Below are positions 43,902 through 54,400 of a stretch of DNA of 64,000 bases, piece after piece. Position 1 is the stretch's first letter, and every line of letters begins with the position of its first letter. Location: contig DATHWV010000066.1 of NCBI GenBank assembly GCA_035460205.1, positions 33,411 through 97,410 on the forward strand, in the 5' to 3' direction. Below the pieces are notes generated by a model that saw only the letters and a program-made list of their open reading frames with translations, was not told the origin of the DNA and did not search any database. The translations under genes were made by a program, and so were the position numbers. Source of the stretch: Ramlibacter sp. (GTDB lineage: Bacteria > Pseudomonadota > Gammaproteobacteria > Burkholderiales > Burkholderiaceae_C).

Positions 43902-43998
43902 GGCTAAGCCCTTGATTCGAAAAGCGGAATTGTAAGGGTGCGGCCACCGCCGGCGGCGGCTCCGGGGCCTTCGCAGGGCCCGCACGCGCGTCGGCGCG

Positions 43999-45576
43999 TC
44001 AACCCGGCCAGCGCTGCCAGATCTCCACCGCGAGCAGTCCCAGCAGGAAGCCGACGCCGGCATAGAGCACCGCCTGCAGCAGGCGGTTGGTGCGCCGCTG
44101 CTCGGACAGCACCGCGGCGAGCAGCGCTTCCGTCGGGCTGTCGCCGTGCGTTGCCGGGCGCACCCGGGCCTGGGCCGCGAGGGCGTCATGCAGGAGCCGC
44201 GGCAGCTCGGGCAGCATCTTCGCGTAGCGCGGGGCTTCGTCCTTGAATCGCTCGAGCAGGCCGCGCCAGCCGATCTGCGCGTCCATCCAGCGCTCGAGGA
44301 AGGGTTTGGCGGTGCTCCACAGGTCGAGTTCGGGGTCGAGTTGGCGCCCCAGCCCCTCGACGTTGAGCAGCGTCTTCTGGAGCAGCACCAGCTGCGGCTG
44401 GATCTCGACGTTGAAGCGCCGCGAGGTCTGGAAGAGCCGCAACAGCACCTGGCCGAGCGAGATCTCCTTCAGCGGCCGGTCGAAGTAGGGTTCGCAGCAG
44501 GCCCGGATCGCGCCTTCGAGCTCGTCGATGCGCGTCCCGGCTGGCACCCAGCCCGACTCGAGGTGCAACTCGGCCACGCGCTTGTAGTCGCGGCGGAAGA
44601 AGGCGATGAAATTCTGAGCGAGATAGTCCTTGTCGGACTCCGTCAGCGTGCCGATGATGCCGAAGTCGAGCGCCACGTAGCGCCCGAAGGTCCGCGGCGC
44701 CAGGCTGACCTGGATGTTGCCCGGGTGCATGTCGGCGTGGAAGAAGCCGTCGCGGAACACCTGCGTGAAGAAGATCGTCACGCCGTCACGCGCCAGCTTC
44801 TTGAAATCGACGCCCGCCTCGCGCAGCCGAGCCACCTGGCTGATCGGCACGCCGTTCATGCGCTCCATGACGATGACGCCGGGCGTGCAGAGATCCCACA
44901 TCATCTCCGGCACCAGCACGAGGTCCAGGCCCTCCATGTTGCGGCGCAGCTGCGCGGCATTGGCGGCCTCGCGCACCAGGTCCAACTCGTCATGCAGGTA
45001 CTTGTCGAACTCCGCCACCACCTCGCGCGGCTTGAGCCGCTTGCCGTCGGCCGAGTAGCGATCGGCCCAGCCGGCCAGCACGCGCAGCAGCGCGAGGTCG
45101 GAGTCGATGATCTGCAGCACGCCCGGGCGCAGCACCTTCACGGCCACCTCGCGGCCGTCGTTCAGCACCGCGAAATGCACCTGCGCGATCGACGCGCTGG
45201 CCACCGGCTCGCGCTCGAAGCTGGCGAACAGCTGGTCCAGCGGCCGACCGAAAGCCGCCTCCACCAGCGCCACCGCCTGCTCGGCGGGGAACGGCGGAAC
45301 GTCGTCCTGCAGCTTCGCCAATTCGTCGGCCACGTCGACGGGCAGCAGATCGCGCCGGGTCGACAGGACCTGTCCGAACTTGACGAAGATGGGGCCGAGA
45401 CGCTCCAGCGCCATGCGCAAGCGCGCGCCGCGCGGCGCATCGAGGCGCCGACCCACCCCGACCGCACGGGCCAGCCCGCGCACCCAGCGCTGGCGGAAAC
45501 TCGACAGCGCCAGTTCGTCGAGCCCGTACCGAAGAACGATGAAGACGATATAGACCAGGCGCGCGAGATCCCTCAT
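43999..45576 (-). CDS. ubiB: Ubiquinone biosynthesis kinase-like protein UbiB
   Basis: [44 protein letters not shown]-terminal TM helix. Confidence 0.97.
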   Translation of the reverse strand: MRDLARLVYIVFIVLRYGLDELALSSFRQRWVRGLARAVGVGRRLDAPRGARLRMALERLGPIFVKFGQVLSTRRDLLPVDVADELAKLQDDVPPFPAEQAVALVEAAFGRPLDQLFASFEREPVASASIAQVHFAVLNDGREVAVKVLRPGVLQIIDSDLALLRVLAGWADRYSADGKRLKPREVVAEFDKYLHDELDLVREAANAAQLRRNMEGLDLVLVPEMMWDLCTPGVIVMERMNGVPISQVARLREAGVDFKKLARDGVTIFFTQVFRDGFFHADMHPGNIQVSLAPRTFGRYVALDFGIIGTLTESDKDYLAQNFIAFFRRDYKRVAELHLESGWVPAGTRIDELEGAIRACCEPYFDRPLKEISLGQVLLRLFQTSRRFNVEIQPQLVLLQKTLLNVEGLGRQLDPELDLWSTAKPFLERWMDAQIGWRGLLERFKDEAPRYAKMLPELPRLLHDALAAQARVRPATHGDSPTEALLAAVLSEQRRTNRLLQAVLYAGVGFLLGLLAVEIWQRWPG

Positions 45577-46136
45577 CGCGACGGCGATCCGTTCGCGCCC
45601 GCAGCGAGCGTGGCGGCGGCGTGCGCGGCCGCCCGCAATGCGGCAGCAGCGCCCCGCCCTGCGCGCGCCAGCCCCTCGGCTGCCACCGGGCCGAACAGCC
45701 GGGAGAGATCGGCCTGAACGTCCCACCGCAGGTTCTCGACCACCCAATGCAGGTCGGCAGCGAAGGCCGCATCGCCCTGGATCGTCACGTTCGGCCGGCG
45801 CCCGTTCAACCAATCCAGCGCTGATTGGGCTGGGTTCGAGGCTTCGAAGCTCATCTGCAGCTCATCGATCGCCTCGGAGCCACCCTCCTGCGGCGCCCAT
45901 TCCAGCAATCCGGCGGGCGTCACGCGAAATCGCAATACAGGTGGCCGCGGCAGCCAGGAGGGCAAGGCATCGGCTCGCAAGGCCACACACCGACCAGCGT
46001 GTCGGATCAGATGCTCCGCCGCAGCAGGCTCGGCAGCCAGGAGATGGTTGAGCCACAGCGTGAGCCGCTCGCCCATGGCGGGCCCAACCGCCGCCGAGGC
46101 AGCGCCGAGAAATGGCGAGTCGAAAGCGTGAAGCAT
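45573..46136 (-). CDS. ubiJ: Ubiquinone biosynthesis accessory factor UbiJ-like protein
   Basis: [41 protein letters not shown] overlap with ubiB. Confidence 0.75.
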   Translation of the reverse strand: MLHAFDSPFLGAASAAVGPAMGERLTLWLNHLLAAEPAAAEHLIRHAGRCVALRADALPSWLPRPPVLRFRVTPAGLLEWAPQEGGSEAIDELQMSFEASNPAQSALDWLNGRRPNVTIQGDAAFAADLHWVVENLRWDVQADLSRLFGPVAAEGLARAGRGAAAALRAAAHAAATLAAGANGSPSR

Positions 46137-46354
46137 TTGCGAATTGTAGGCAAGCGCCCGCATCGCGCCCCCGGGGATAGGGGCCCGGTGCCGTGGGGAC
46201 ATGCGCGAGAATTCTTGGTGGCGGGTTCGGGTGGCGCGGGTCTGGTCGATCGCAATGACTGCTCGCATGCCACCGGCTGCCGAGTTGTGCTGGCAAGACG
46301 AGGGACGGTGGCGAACCACGGCGATGCCTGAAGCGAAAGCCCTGATCAACATCC

Positions 46355-47749
46355 ATGTTCGAAGACCGCAGCTACAAGAGAACGTTCTACAGCGCACCGC
46401 AATCGGTGACCTCGCTCGTTGCGGCGTTTCTCGAGCCGACGGTGTCGGTGGTGACCTATGTCGCGGTCAGTCACTGGTTCGATGATCCCATCCTGCGTGC
46501 GTCGCTCACGCTGTGCCTGCTGGTCTTCGTGCTCACGTTCCCGGGACGCAATCGGTTCCGAGACAACATGGTCGCGGCCGGCATTGAAATCGTGTCGTCT
46601 TGGCTGGTTTTGCTGGCCATCCTGGCCTTGTGCGGCTATGCGACGCGGAGCTTGCAGTTCTTTAGCCGCGATGTCCTGATCACCTGGGCCTTGCTCGTTC
46701 CCTTCTTACAGTGGATCGCAGTCTGGATCGGCAAGGTCGTCATCCGGCGCCGCTCCGCACTGCCTGAAGCTCGACGTACTGCAGTGGTGATCGGCGCAAG
46801 CCCACTCGGCGTCAAGGTCGCTCGAGCCCTCACAACGGGCGGCGACGCCGGCATCGATTTCGTCGGCTACTTTGACGACCGAACCGACGAGCGTGTTCAT
46901 GTCGACGGAATGGCCAAACGCTTGGGCGGGCTGGCCGAAGTGGCGTCGTACGTTTCGACTCACGGCATCCGGGAGGTCTACATCACGTTGCCGCTAGGTT
47001 CACAGCCTCGTATCGTCGAACTCCTCGAGTCGGTGCAGGGGACGACGGCTTCGCTCTATTTCGTGCCGGACGTCTTTGGCATCAGCATCATTCAAGGGCG
47101 GTTCGAGGACGTCAACGGCGTTCCGGTCGTCGGCATTTGCGAGACGCCCTTCACCGGCACAAACGATCTGGTCAAGCGGGTCAGCGACATGATGATCGCG
47201 TCGATCATTCTGGTGCTGATCTCGCCGGTTCTGATCGCCGTCGCCGTCGGCGTCAAGCTCAGTTCGCCGGGCCCGATCATCTTCCGGCAAAAGCGCAACG
47301 GTCTCGACGGAGACGAGATCACTGTCTACAAGTTCCGCTCGATGACCACTCAAGACAACGGTGCCGTCATCAAGCAGGCTACCAAAGGCGACAGCCGTAT
47401 CACGAAGTTCGGCGCCTTCATCCGACGCACTTCGCTGGACGAGTTGCCGCAGTTCTTCAACGTGCTCCAGGGCCGCATGAGTATTGTCGGTCCGCGCCCT
47501 CACGCGGTCGCCCACAATCAGATGTACCGCGAGTTGATCAAGGCCTACATGGTTCGACACAAGGTCAAGCCCGGCATCACGGGTTGGGCCCAAGTCAACG
47601 GCTTCCGTGGCGAAACGGACACGGTCGAAAAAATGCAAGCCCGTGTCGAATACGATCTGGAGTACCTGCGCAACTGGTCGCTCGCTCTTGATCTGCAGAT
47701 CATCATCCGGACGGTCCGCATGATGTTCTTCGACAGGAACGCTTACTGA
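46355..47749 (+). CDS. Undecaprenyl-phosphate glucose phosphotransferase (WcaJ-type priming transferase)
   Basis: Four N-terminal TM helices; KRVSD, YKFRSM, RRTSLDELPQFFNVLQGRMSIVGPRP, VKPGITGWAQVNG. Confidence 0.95.
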   Translation: MFEDRSYKRTFYSAPQSVTSLVAAFLEPTVSVVTYVAVSHWFDDPILRASLTLCLLVFVLTFPGRNRFRDNMVAAGIEIVSSWLVLLAILALCGYATRSLQFFSRDVLITWALLVPFLQWIAVWIGKVVIRRRSALPEARRTAVVIGASPLGVKVARALTTGGDAGIDFVGYFDDRTDERVHVDGMAKRLGGLAEVASYVSTHGIREVYITLPLGSQPRIVELLESVQGTTASLYFVPDVFGISIIQGRFEDVNGVPVVGICETPFTGTNDLVKRVSDMMIASIILVLISPVLIAVAVGVKLSSPGPIIFRQKRNGLDGDEITVYKFRSMTTQDNGAVIKQATKGDSRITKFGAFIRRTSLDELPQFFNVLQGRMSIVGPRPHAVAHNQMYRELIKAYMVRHKVKPGITGWAQVNGFRGETDTVEKMQARVEYDLEYLRNWSLALDLQIIIRTVRMMFFDRNAY

Positions 47750-47934
47750 CTTGCCGCGTGTGCCCTCGGTGGCCGCTGCGCAACGTTCCGATGGTCGAAC
47801 GCCCGGCCACGCATACCCTGGCACAAGGCGATAAAGCAGAATAGCCCCGTTGCGCTTGAGCCAGGCCCTGCGCGCTTGCTGAACCCGGGTGCCCGATCTG
47901 CCCGAATCCGCCACGTTACCGGAGAACCACTGAA

Positions 47935-49191
47935 ATGCCTGCTTCATCGCTCCACGTGCTCGCCACCCCTGCACACGCTCGCCGCTCCGCACTCGTTGCC
48001 GCAGTGACGCTGTGCCTTGCATCCGGCGCGTTTGCAGAACGCAGCCCGCTGTATTTCGGTGCCGGCGTCTCCGCTGGGCATGACTCCAACGTGTTCCGTG
48101 CGCCAGAAGGCAGCCCGCAAGACCAAAGCGACTCGTACACGAACGCCTTTGTGCTGGCCGGTATCGACAAGCCCTTCGGCCGCCAACGCTACTTCGCAGA
48201 TGCAACAGTGCGACGGATCGAGTTCCGCGACCTGGACACGCTCAGCAACACGGGCTACGACCTCAACGCCGGCGTGGATTGGTCGGCATTGGATCGCTTG
48301 TCCGGCACGTTGCGCTACGGCACGAGCCGCGCCCGCTCACAACAAAATCTCGATGCAACGGTTGTGACTGAACGGAACCTGGAGACGGCCCGAGAATTCC
48401 TCGCACGAGCACAGTATGGTGGCGAGGCGATCCTGGCGATCGAAGGCGAGTATGTCCACCGCTCGCTGGACTACAGTGCTTCAGCCTTCACCGCGCAAGA
48501 GAATTCCTCGGATTCGGTTCGCGCCGGCTTGCTTTACCGCTTGAGCGGCGCCCTCCGCCTAGGCGCGGGCTTGCGCTACACCGATGGCAAGTACCCACAA
48601 GGCGTACTCATCTCGCCAGGCGTCTACGAGGAAGATAAGTACACGCGGCGCGATCTGGACCTGACGGCCCAATGGATTCCGTCGGGGGCCAGCACGTTGA
48701 ACGCCCGTATTAGCTTGAGCAAGCAGGAGAACGACGCACAAACAAGTCGTGACTTCAGCGGCACTACAGGCAGCATCCGATGGGAATGGCAACCCACGGG
48801 CAAACTGCGTTTCGATACTCGACTGAGCAGGGATACCGGCTTCGAATCGTCGTTCCTGTCGTTCGGCACCAGCAACGGTGCGGCGGTCGGCGACACGAGT
48901 CGGTTGACCACGGCACTCCAGATCGGTGCGATCTGGGACATCACGTCGAAGATCGCGCTCGACGCCGACGGCCGCTATGCGAGACGCTCGCTCGTTAACA
49001 CAGGCGGCGTCACCGTCGACGAGAGCGACCGCACCCACCTCTTCGGCCTTGGCATTACCTACAAGCCGACCCGGATTGCGGAGCTGTCCTGCAAGGTGAG
49101 CCGTGAAGAACGCAACACGTCCGGCACCATCCTCACCTATCCATACAGCGCCACGGTCGCCATGTGCGGCGCTCAGATCGTGCTTCGCTGA
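47935..49191 (+). CDS. Outer-membrane beta-barrel associated with polysaccharide export (EpsL-like)
   Basis: Signal peptide ending AFA, HDSNVFR, DKPFGRQR, amphipathic strands, WQPTGK; second gene of the EPS locus. Confidence 0.78.
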   Translation: MPASSLHVLATPAHARRSALVAAVTLCLASGAFAERSPLYFGAGVSAGHDSNVFRAPEGSPQDQSDSYTNAFVLAGIDKPFGRQRYFADATVRRIEFRDLDTLSNTGYDLNAGVDWSALDRLSGTLRYGTSRARSQQNLDATVVTERNLETAREFLARAQYGGEAILAIEGEYVHRSLDYSASAFTAQENSSDSVRAGLLYRLSGALRLGAGLRYTDGKYPQGVLISPGVYEEDKYTRRDLDLTAQWIPSGASTLNARISLSKQENDAQTSRDFSGTTGSIRWEWQPTGKLRFDTRLSRDTGFESSFLSFGTSNGAAVGDTSRLTTALQIGAIWDITSKIALDADGRYARRSLVNTGGVTVDESDRTHLFGLGITYKPTRIAELSCKVSREERNTSGTILTYPYSATVAMCGAQIVLR

Positions 49192-49351
49192 GAATTCCTC
49201 GCGGCGAGGCCCCTGCGTTCTCGCTGCGGCGCAGGCGCAGAGACCTGCGCCGCCTTTCGGCCGATCCCCGGCGACTGCCGGTCAAAACCCGGGCACTCGC
49301 ACCCTGTTTGGCGTGGGTCTATGGGAGAGGCGTCGCGGCCAAAGTGGAAAC

Positions 49352-50704
49352 ATGAAACCCGAAATACTTCTGGATCCGCAGCCCGCACCTCATGCCTCCA
49401 AGCTGGCAGACGCGCTTCGATCGGAGTGGAACGCATCGGACGCGGCTTCAGTAGCGATCAACCTTTCTTCTGCCAGCCAGCAGCGCCACTGCATTGAATT
49501 CTTGATCGATGACGGCCTCGAGCAGTTCCGACTGGGCGGGCATCGCACCGGGCTGGACAGTGCGATCGCTGGATGCAATCGGGTGCGGGTGCTCGTGGTC
49601 CGAGCAGAGCCGGGCAATTCTGTCGGTGAGTTGCTGGGCGAAGCGGAGATTCGCATCAGCACGACGCGCCCCTGGAGCAACGGCGATGAGATTTCCAGAG
49701 CCGCCATCGCGCTCACGCGACAAGGTGTGGCGAGCCGTGCAGCCGGCCAACCGATCAACTTGAGGCTGACGACCCGTTCCCGTCCGGGAGTGCGAAGGAC
49801 GCTTTCGTGGTTGCTCGATCCGTTCGCGCGCAGCCTCTGGACGTCGATCAAATGGCGGCTCGGCCGTCAGGAGCGCCAGCAATGGATGATCGGTGCACTG
49901 CCGCGGTCGAGCATTCGCGCGGATGGCCCGTTCCCTTGGCAAGACGTACAGTGGATCACGCCGCCGGCAGACGGGATCATGGCAGACCCCTGCCTGGTGG
50001 AAGACGGGGACGAGCACTGGCTTTTCTATGAGCACATGCTGTTCACCGACACCAAGGCGACGCTTTACGCCGCGCGGCTTGAGCCTCGCACCGGCGAATT
50101 GATGGCGCCGCAGCAAGTGCTCAGCGAGCCCCACCACCTGTCATTCCCCAACGTGTTCAGACGGGATGGAGACTGGTTCATGCTGCCCGAACAAGGTGAG
50201 TGCGGAGCCGTGCGCCTTTATCGCGCCACCGCCTTCCCGCATGCGTGGACCCACTATCGCGACTTGCTGCCAAGTTTTCCGGGCCTTGATCCCGTGCTTT
50301 TTTGGCATGACGGCAAATGGTGGCTCTTCGTCACGCGCAGCGCTGTTCCATGCGTCGACGATAATCTCCATCTGTTTTGGTCAGATTCAATTTCAGGCGA
50401 ATTTGTTTCGCACCCCCTTAATCCCATCAAAACGGGTTTGTTCGGCTCTAGAATGGCCGGAATGATTTTCGAGCAAGATGGTCAAATAATTCGCCCTGCG
50501 CAAGACGGGAGAAACGGTTATGGACATGGCCTGGTACTTTATTCGATCGAAAACCTGACCGCGACAGAATACCAAGAAAAGCTATTGTGCGATTGGACGC
50601 CGCAAACCGAAGGGCCGTTTCAATATGGTTTGCACGCGCTCGATGTTTGCGGAGATTACGCGGTGGTGGATGCGCAAAGAATGATCACCCACCACTCAAA
50701 ATGA
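49352..50704 (+). CDS. Protein with a GINT1-N-terminal-like beta-propeller (glycoside hydrolase-like) domain
   Basis: ADPCLVE..WLFYE, HHLSFPNVF, FMLPE, LYRA..FP..W, LHLFWSD..HPLNP, SRMAG, RPAQD..GYG. Confidence 0.7.
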   Translation: MKPEILLDPQPAPHASKLADALRSEWNASDAASVAINLSSASQQRHCIEFLIDDGLEQFRLGGHRTGLDSAIAGCNRVRVLVVRAEPGNSVGELLGEAEIRISTTRPWSNGDEISRAAIALTRQGVASRAAGQPINLRLTTRSRPGVRRTLSWLLDPFARSLWTSIKWRLGRQERQQWMIGALPRSSIRADGPFPWQDVQWITPPADGIMADPCLVEDGDEHWLFYEHMLFTDTKATLYAARLEPRTGELMAPQQVLSEPHHLSFPNVFRRDGDWFMLPEQGECGAVRLYRATAFPHAWTHYRDLLPSFPGLDPVLFWHDGKWWLFVTRSAVPCVDDNLHLFWSDSISGEFVSHPLNPIKTGLFGSRMAGMIFEQDGQIIRPAQDGRNGYGHGLVLYSIENLTATEYQEKLLCDWTPQTEGPFQYGLHALDVCGDYAVVDAQRMITHHSK

Positions 50705-50762
50705 CCCCCGATCGACTCCTTAGTTGTCGATTGTCTATGTAGTCAAATCTAACTGGCATTTT

Positions 50763-51569
50763 ATGAATCGCATCGTCAATGCCATCAAGGGGCGCTTACC
50801 GGCTCATTTCGCGGATCGGATGGAGGAGCGAATTGCCGGTCTGCGGGACTTCGAGCGCCTCGAATCTCTTGATTTGTCCGCATTGACGATCACGTGCGAC
50901 GACGGCGCCCTGCGCGACCAAGATATCGTTTCAGTGCTCGACTCTCAGAATCTCAAGGGCGTAATCTCGGTCTCCCCCGATCTTATCGGCACCGACGGGT
51001 TTCTTGATTACGCTGCGCTGCGCGATATCCAGGCCCGCGGTCACGAGCTTGCCTTTCACGGCAATGATCATTCGCCGTTCACGGATATCCGCCCGCTCAG
51101 CAAGCTGACGGATAAGGTTGCAGACGGGCTGACAAGGCTGCGAGACCACGGTTTGTCGACGCAGACCGTCGTCTATCCCTGCGGCAACAACAATCGACGG
51201 ATTCGCCAGGCCTTGGCGCCGTTCTTCCGCGCTGGCGTGTCGACGTGGTTCGGTGTGAATTCGGGGAAACGTATCAATCGATACGCCATTCGTCGCGTTC
51301 CATTCGGCGCCTATGCCAGCCAGCATGCCCCTTCCGAGCACTGGTACCGAGACATGATCGATGCCGCGCTCAGCGAACCGCGCTGGATCATTCTGATGCT
51401 GCACCCAAGCTCGACGGAACATACGCCCGATCACACGGCCATGCTCCAGCGCCTGACGCAGTACGCGCGGGAGCAAGGATTGCCGGTCCGCAGCGTGTCT
51501 GCACATCTTGATGCCCTTCAACCCGCGTCGCCGCGGGACAACGGCCATTTCCAAGCGGGCGTGTCATGA
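50763..51569 (+). CDS. Polysaccharide deacetylase (CE4/NodB-like)
   Basis: ITCDDG (TFDDG variant), HELAFHGNDH, VYPCG, ILMLH. Confidence 0.8.
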   Translation: MNRIVNAIKGRLPAHFADRMEERIAGLRDFERLESLDLSALTITCDDGALRDQDIVSVLDSQNLKGVISVSPDLIGTDGFLDYAALRDIQARGHELAFHGNDHSPFTDIRPLSKLTDKVADGLTRLRDHGLSTQTVVYPCGNNNRRIRQALAPFFRAGVSTWFGVNSGKRINRYAIRRVPFGAYASQHAPSEHWYRDMIDAALSEPRWIILMLHPSSTEHTPDHTAMLQRLTQYAREQGLPVRSVSAHLDALQPASPRDNGHFQAGVS

Positions 51570-53104
51570 GCGAAGCTTCCAGCATTACGGGGCGCGCCTT
51601 CCGCGCCCTCAAATGGAACTACATCGGCACGATCGGGCGCATCGTCGCCACGTTTGCCAGTCAGATCATCTTGGCGCGACTGCTAGGCCCGGAACCGTTC
51701 GGGACGTTCGGTTATGCGTTCCTGACGGTGTCGCTGGTATCGCTGATTGTGGAAATGGGACTGCAGCATGCCCTGATTCAAACGCAGGACTTGACGGACG
51801 AGATGATCGCCGTTTCGTGTGGGCGCTTGATGCTGGTGGGTGCACTGGCTTCTTTGATCATTTTCGTGTTGGCCGATCAGATCGCATTGCATGCCTTCGC
51901 CAATCCTGCTGCGGCGCCCGTCATACGCGCCATGGCACCGTCGTTGATCGTGAGCGCAGGCATCTCGGCCGCCACGGCGATATTGAGCCGTGATATCGAG
52001 TTCAAGGTCGTGCAGTTGTCTGCGCTGGGCGCCTACATCATCGGCTACATGATCATTGGCGTCGCCGCTGCCGCGTTGGGCCTCGGCGTGTGGAGCTTGG
52101 TGCTGGCGTGGTACGGGTGCACGGTGATCACACTGATCGTGATGATCTATTACTCACCGCGCGCCGTGCGCATCGGTAACCCGTTCAGAAAGCTTTCGAT
52201 CACTCGCTTCGGCAACGTGATCATGCTGACCAACGTGGTCAATTGGGCGATCGACAGCACGGCTCACGTTATCGTGGGCAGAACATTCGGGGCCGGCGCC
52301 CTGGGCCAGTTCACGGTCGCCAACAATCTGGTGAAGACGCCGTCCGACCATCTGATACGCAATCTGCAGACTGTGCTGCTGCCGTTGGCTTCCCGCGCGC
52401 AGGACAACGATGCGGGCCTTCGGCGCGCCTATCTGACGGTCATCGCCGGCGTGGCCGCCATCGTGTTCCCGACGTTTCTGTTCATCGGCGTGATGGCGGA
52501 GCCCACTGTCACGCTGCTGCTGGGCTCGAAGTGGACCAGTGCTGCGCCGCTGCTGCTGCCGCTGGCGCTGGGCGCCATCGCGCACTCCATCGAGGCGCTC
52601 TGTGGCCCGGTCCTGACCGGGCGAGGAGATCCTGGCGTGGAGTTGAACGTCAAGGCGTTCACGCTCATCCTCATGGTCCCGGTGCTTTTGGTCACATCCC
52701 AGTGGTCCATCGTGGCGGTAGCATGGGGATTGGCGTTCGTTTTCGTCGTGCGCTGGTTCTGGATGAACGCTGCGCTCATGAAGCGAATCGATCTTTCTTA
52801 CGCCGAAGTGGGCCAAGCGCTGCGCGGACCGGTCTTCCTCGCCGCCATTGCGGGAGGCGTGGGCGCGTTAGTGAATGTGGCCCACGCCGCCTACCTGCCT
52901 GGCGGACCTGCACTGGTCCATCTGTTATTGGGAGTCGCGGTCGCCTCTGCCGTGATCATCGGAGCACTCGCGTTGGCGCCCACGATGGTTCTGGGCAAGC
53001 AACTCTTGCAGTTGCTGGAGCAACTCTGCGCGACCCATCCCGGACTCATTCGCGTGCCCGGCGTACGCCATCTTGCTGAATCGGCACGCCGGTTCGCCGT
53101 ATGA
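51566..53104 (+). CDS. wzx: Wzx-type oligosaccharide flippase
   Basis: ILARLLGPEPFG, EMGL..ALIQ, LGVWSLV, LLGSKW; many TM helices. Confidence 0.9.
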   Translation: MSEASSITGRAFRALKWNYIGTIGRIVATFASQIILARLLGPEPFGTFGYAFLTVSLVSLIVEMGLQHALIQTQDLTDEMIAVSCGRLMLVGALASLIIFVLADQIALHAFANPAAAPVIRAMAPSLIVSAGISAATAILSRDIEFKVVQLSALGAYIIGYMIIGVAAAALGLGVWSLVLAWYGCTVITLIVMIYYSPRAVRIGNPFRKLSITRFGNVIMLTNVVNWAIDSTAHVIVGRTFGAGALGQFTVANNLVKTPSDHLIRNLQTVLLPLASRAQDNDAGLRRAYLTVIAGVAAIVFPTFLFIGVMAEPTVTLLLGSKWTSAAPLLLPLALGAIAHSIEALCGPVLTGRGDPGVELNVKAFTLILMVPVLLVTSQWSIVAVAWGLAFVFVVRWFWMNAALMKRIDLSYAEVGQALRGPVFLAAIAGGVGALVNVAHAAYLPGGPALVHLLLGVAVASAVIIGALALAPTMVLGKQLLQLLEQLCATHPGLIRVPGVRHLAESARRFAV

Positions 53105-54378
53105 GTGCTTCGGCCTTCAGTGACCTGACGTCCAAGCGCAAGGGCTTGCCCCTCGCGAAGGGCGAAGATCATACTGGCGCCCGGCCCGACGGAATGGAAT
53201 TGCGCCAAGGCGCTCGCAGGTCGGTCCTCGTGGTCCAACGCCGGCTGCCGCACTACCGCGTCCCCTATTTCGAAGCACTGCGCGTGGAGTTGAACCGCCG
53301 AGGCTGGGATCTGCGCTTGGCCCACGGCGTGGGCACTGCTGCAGAGCAGATCAAGAACGACAGCGGATCGATCGCCTGGGCCGAATCCCTGGAGACGCGC
53401 TACCTGTTCGGTGGGCGGCTCTGCTGGCAACCTTTCAGCCATCTGATCCGCGACGCGGCGATGGTCGTCGTCACCCCGGAAAACAAGCTCGTCAACAACA
53501 TTCCGCTGCAGTTCTTCCGATCGGACGACGTGCGCGTGGGCCTGTGGGGCCACGGCGCCAACCTGCAAGGCACGACGGACAGTTGGCGGGAGCGATTCAA
53601 GCGCATCAGCGCCAAGCGCGCGGACTGGTGGTTCGGCTACACCGACATGAGCGTGCCGCTCATCCTGCGAAGCGGCTTCCCCGCCGACCGGATCACCACG
53701 CTCAACAACTCCGTCGATACGGTGGAGCTCCAGACGCTGAAAGCCAGAACGAGCCGCGAGTCGCTCGATTCGCTGCGCGCCCGCATTGGCGTGAAGGGCG
53801 ATGCCGTCGGCATCTACGTTGGCTCTCTCTACGAAGAGAAGCGAATCGAGTTCATGCTGGCCACTGCGCAACAGATCCACGACAAGGTCCCGGGGTTCGA
53901 GTTCCTCGTGGTCGGCGACGGCCCACAACGCTCGATCGTCGAGTCGTTCTGCGCCGCCCACCCCTGGGCCACCTACCTCGGCATCCGAAAGGGCCAGGAG
54001 AAGGTCGATCTGATCGGCCTGGCCAAGGTCATGATCAATCCGGGCCTGGTCGGCCTGAGCATCCTCGATGCCTTCGTGCTCGGCACGCCGATGATCACCA
54101 CGGACTGCGGCCTCCACAGCCCCGAGATCGCGTACCTGCAGGACGGCGTGAACGGCATCATGACCGCGAACTCGGCCGAGGCTTACGCGTCCACGGTCGC
54201 CACGATCCTCACCGACACTGCGGCGCTGGATCGGCTGCGGGCCGGCTGCGAGCGCAGCGCCGCCCAGTACACCATCCAGAACATGGCCGTCAACTTTGCG
54301 AACGGCGTCGAGGCCTGCGCGTCTCAACCGATCTTTCGCCGCCATCAAGCCAATGCCGTCGTTGGCAAAGACCAATAA
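53101..54378 (+). CDS. Glycosyltransferase family 4
   Basis: LPHYRVPYF, WGHG, IYVGSLYEEKR, VVGDGP, GLSILDAF..GTP, DGVNG. Confidence 0.9.
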   Translation: MSASAFSDLTSKRKGLPLAKGEDHTGARPDGMELRQGARRSVLVVQRRLPHYRVPYFEALRVELNRRGWDLRLAHGVGTAAEQIKNDSGSIAWAESLETRYLFGGRLCWQPFSHLIRDAAMVVVTPENKLVNNIPLQFFRSDDVRVGLWGHGANLQGTTDSWRERFKRISAKRADWWFGYTDMSVPLILRSGFPADRITTLNNSVDTVELQTLKARTSRESLDSLRARIGVKGDAVGIYVGSLYEEKRIEFMLATAQQIHDKVPGFEFLVVGDGPQRSIVESFCAAHPWATYLGIRKGQEKVDLIGLAKVMINPGLVGLSILDAFVLGTPMITTDCGLHSPEIAYLQDGVNGIMTANSAEAYASTVATILTDTAALDRLRAGCERSAAQYTIQNMAVNFANGVEACASQPIFRRHQANAVVGKDQ

Positions 54379-54400
54379 ATAGAAAACCGCTGGAGTCGAC

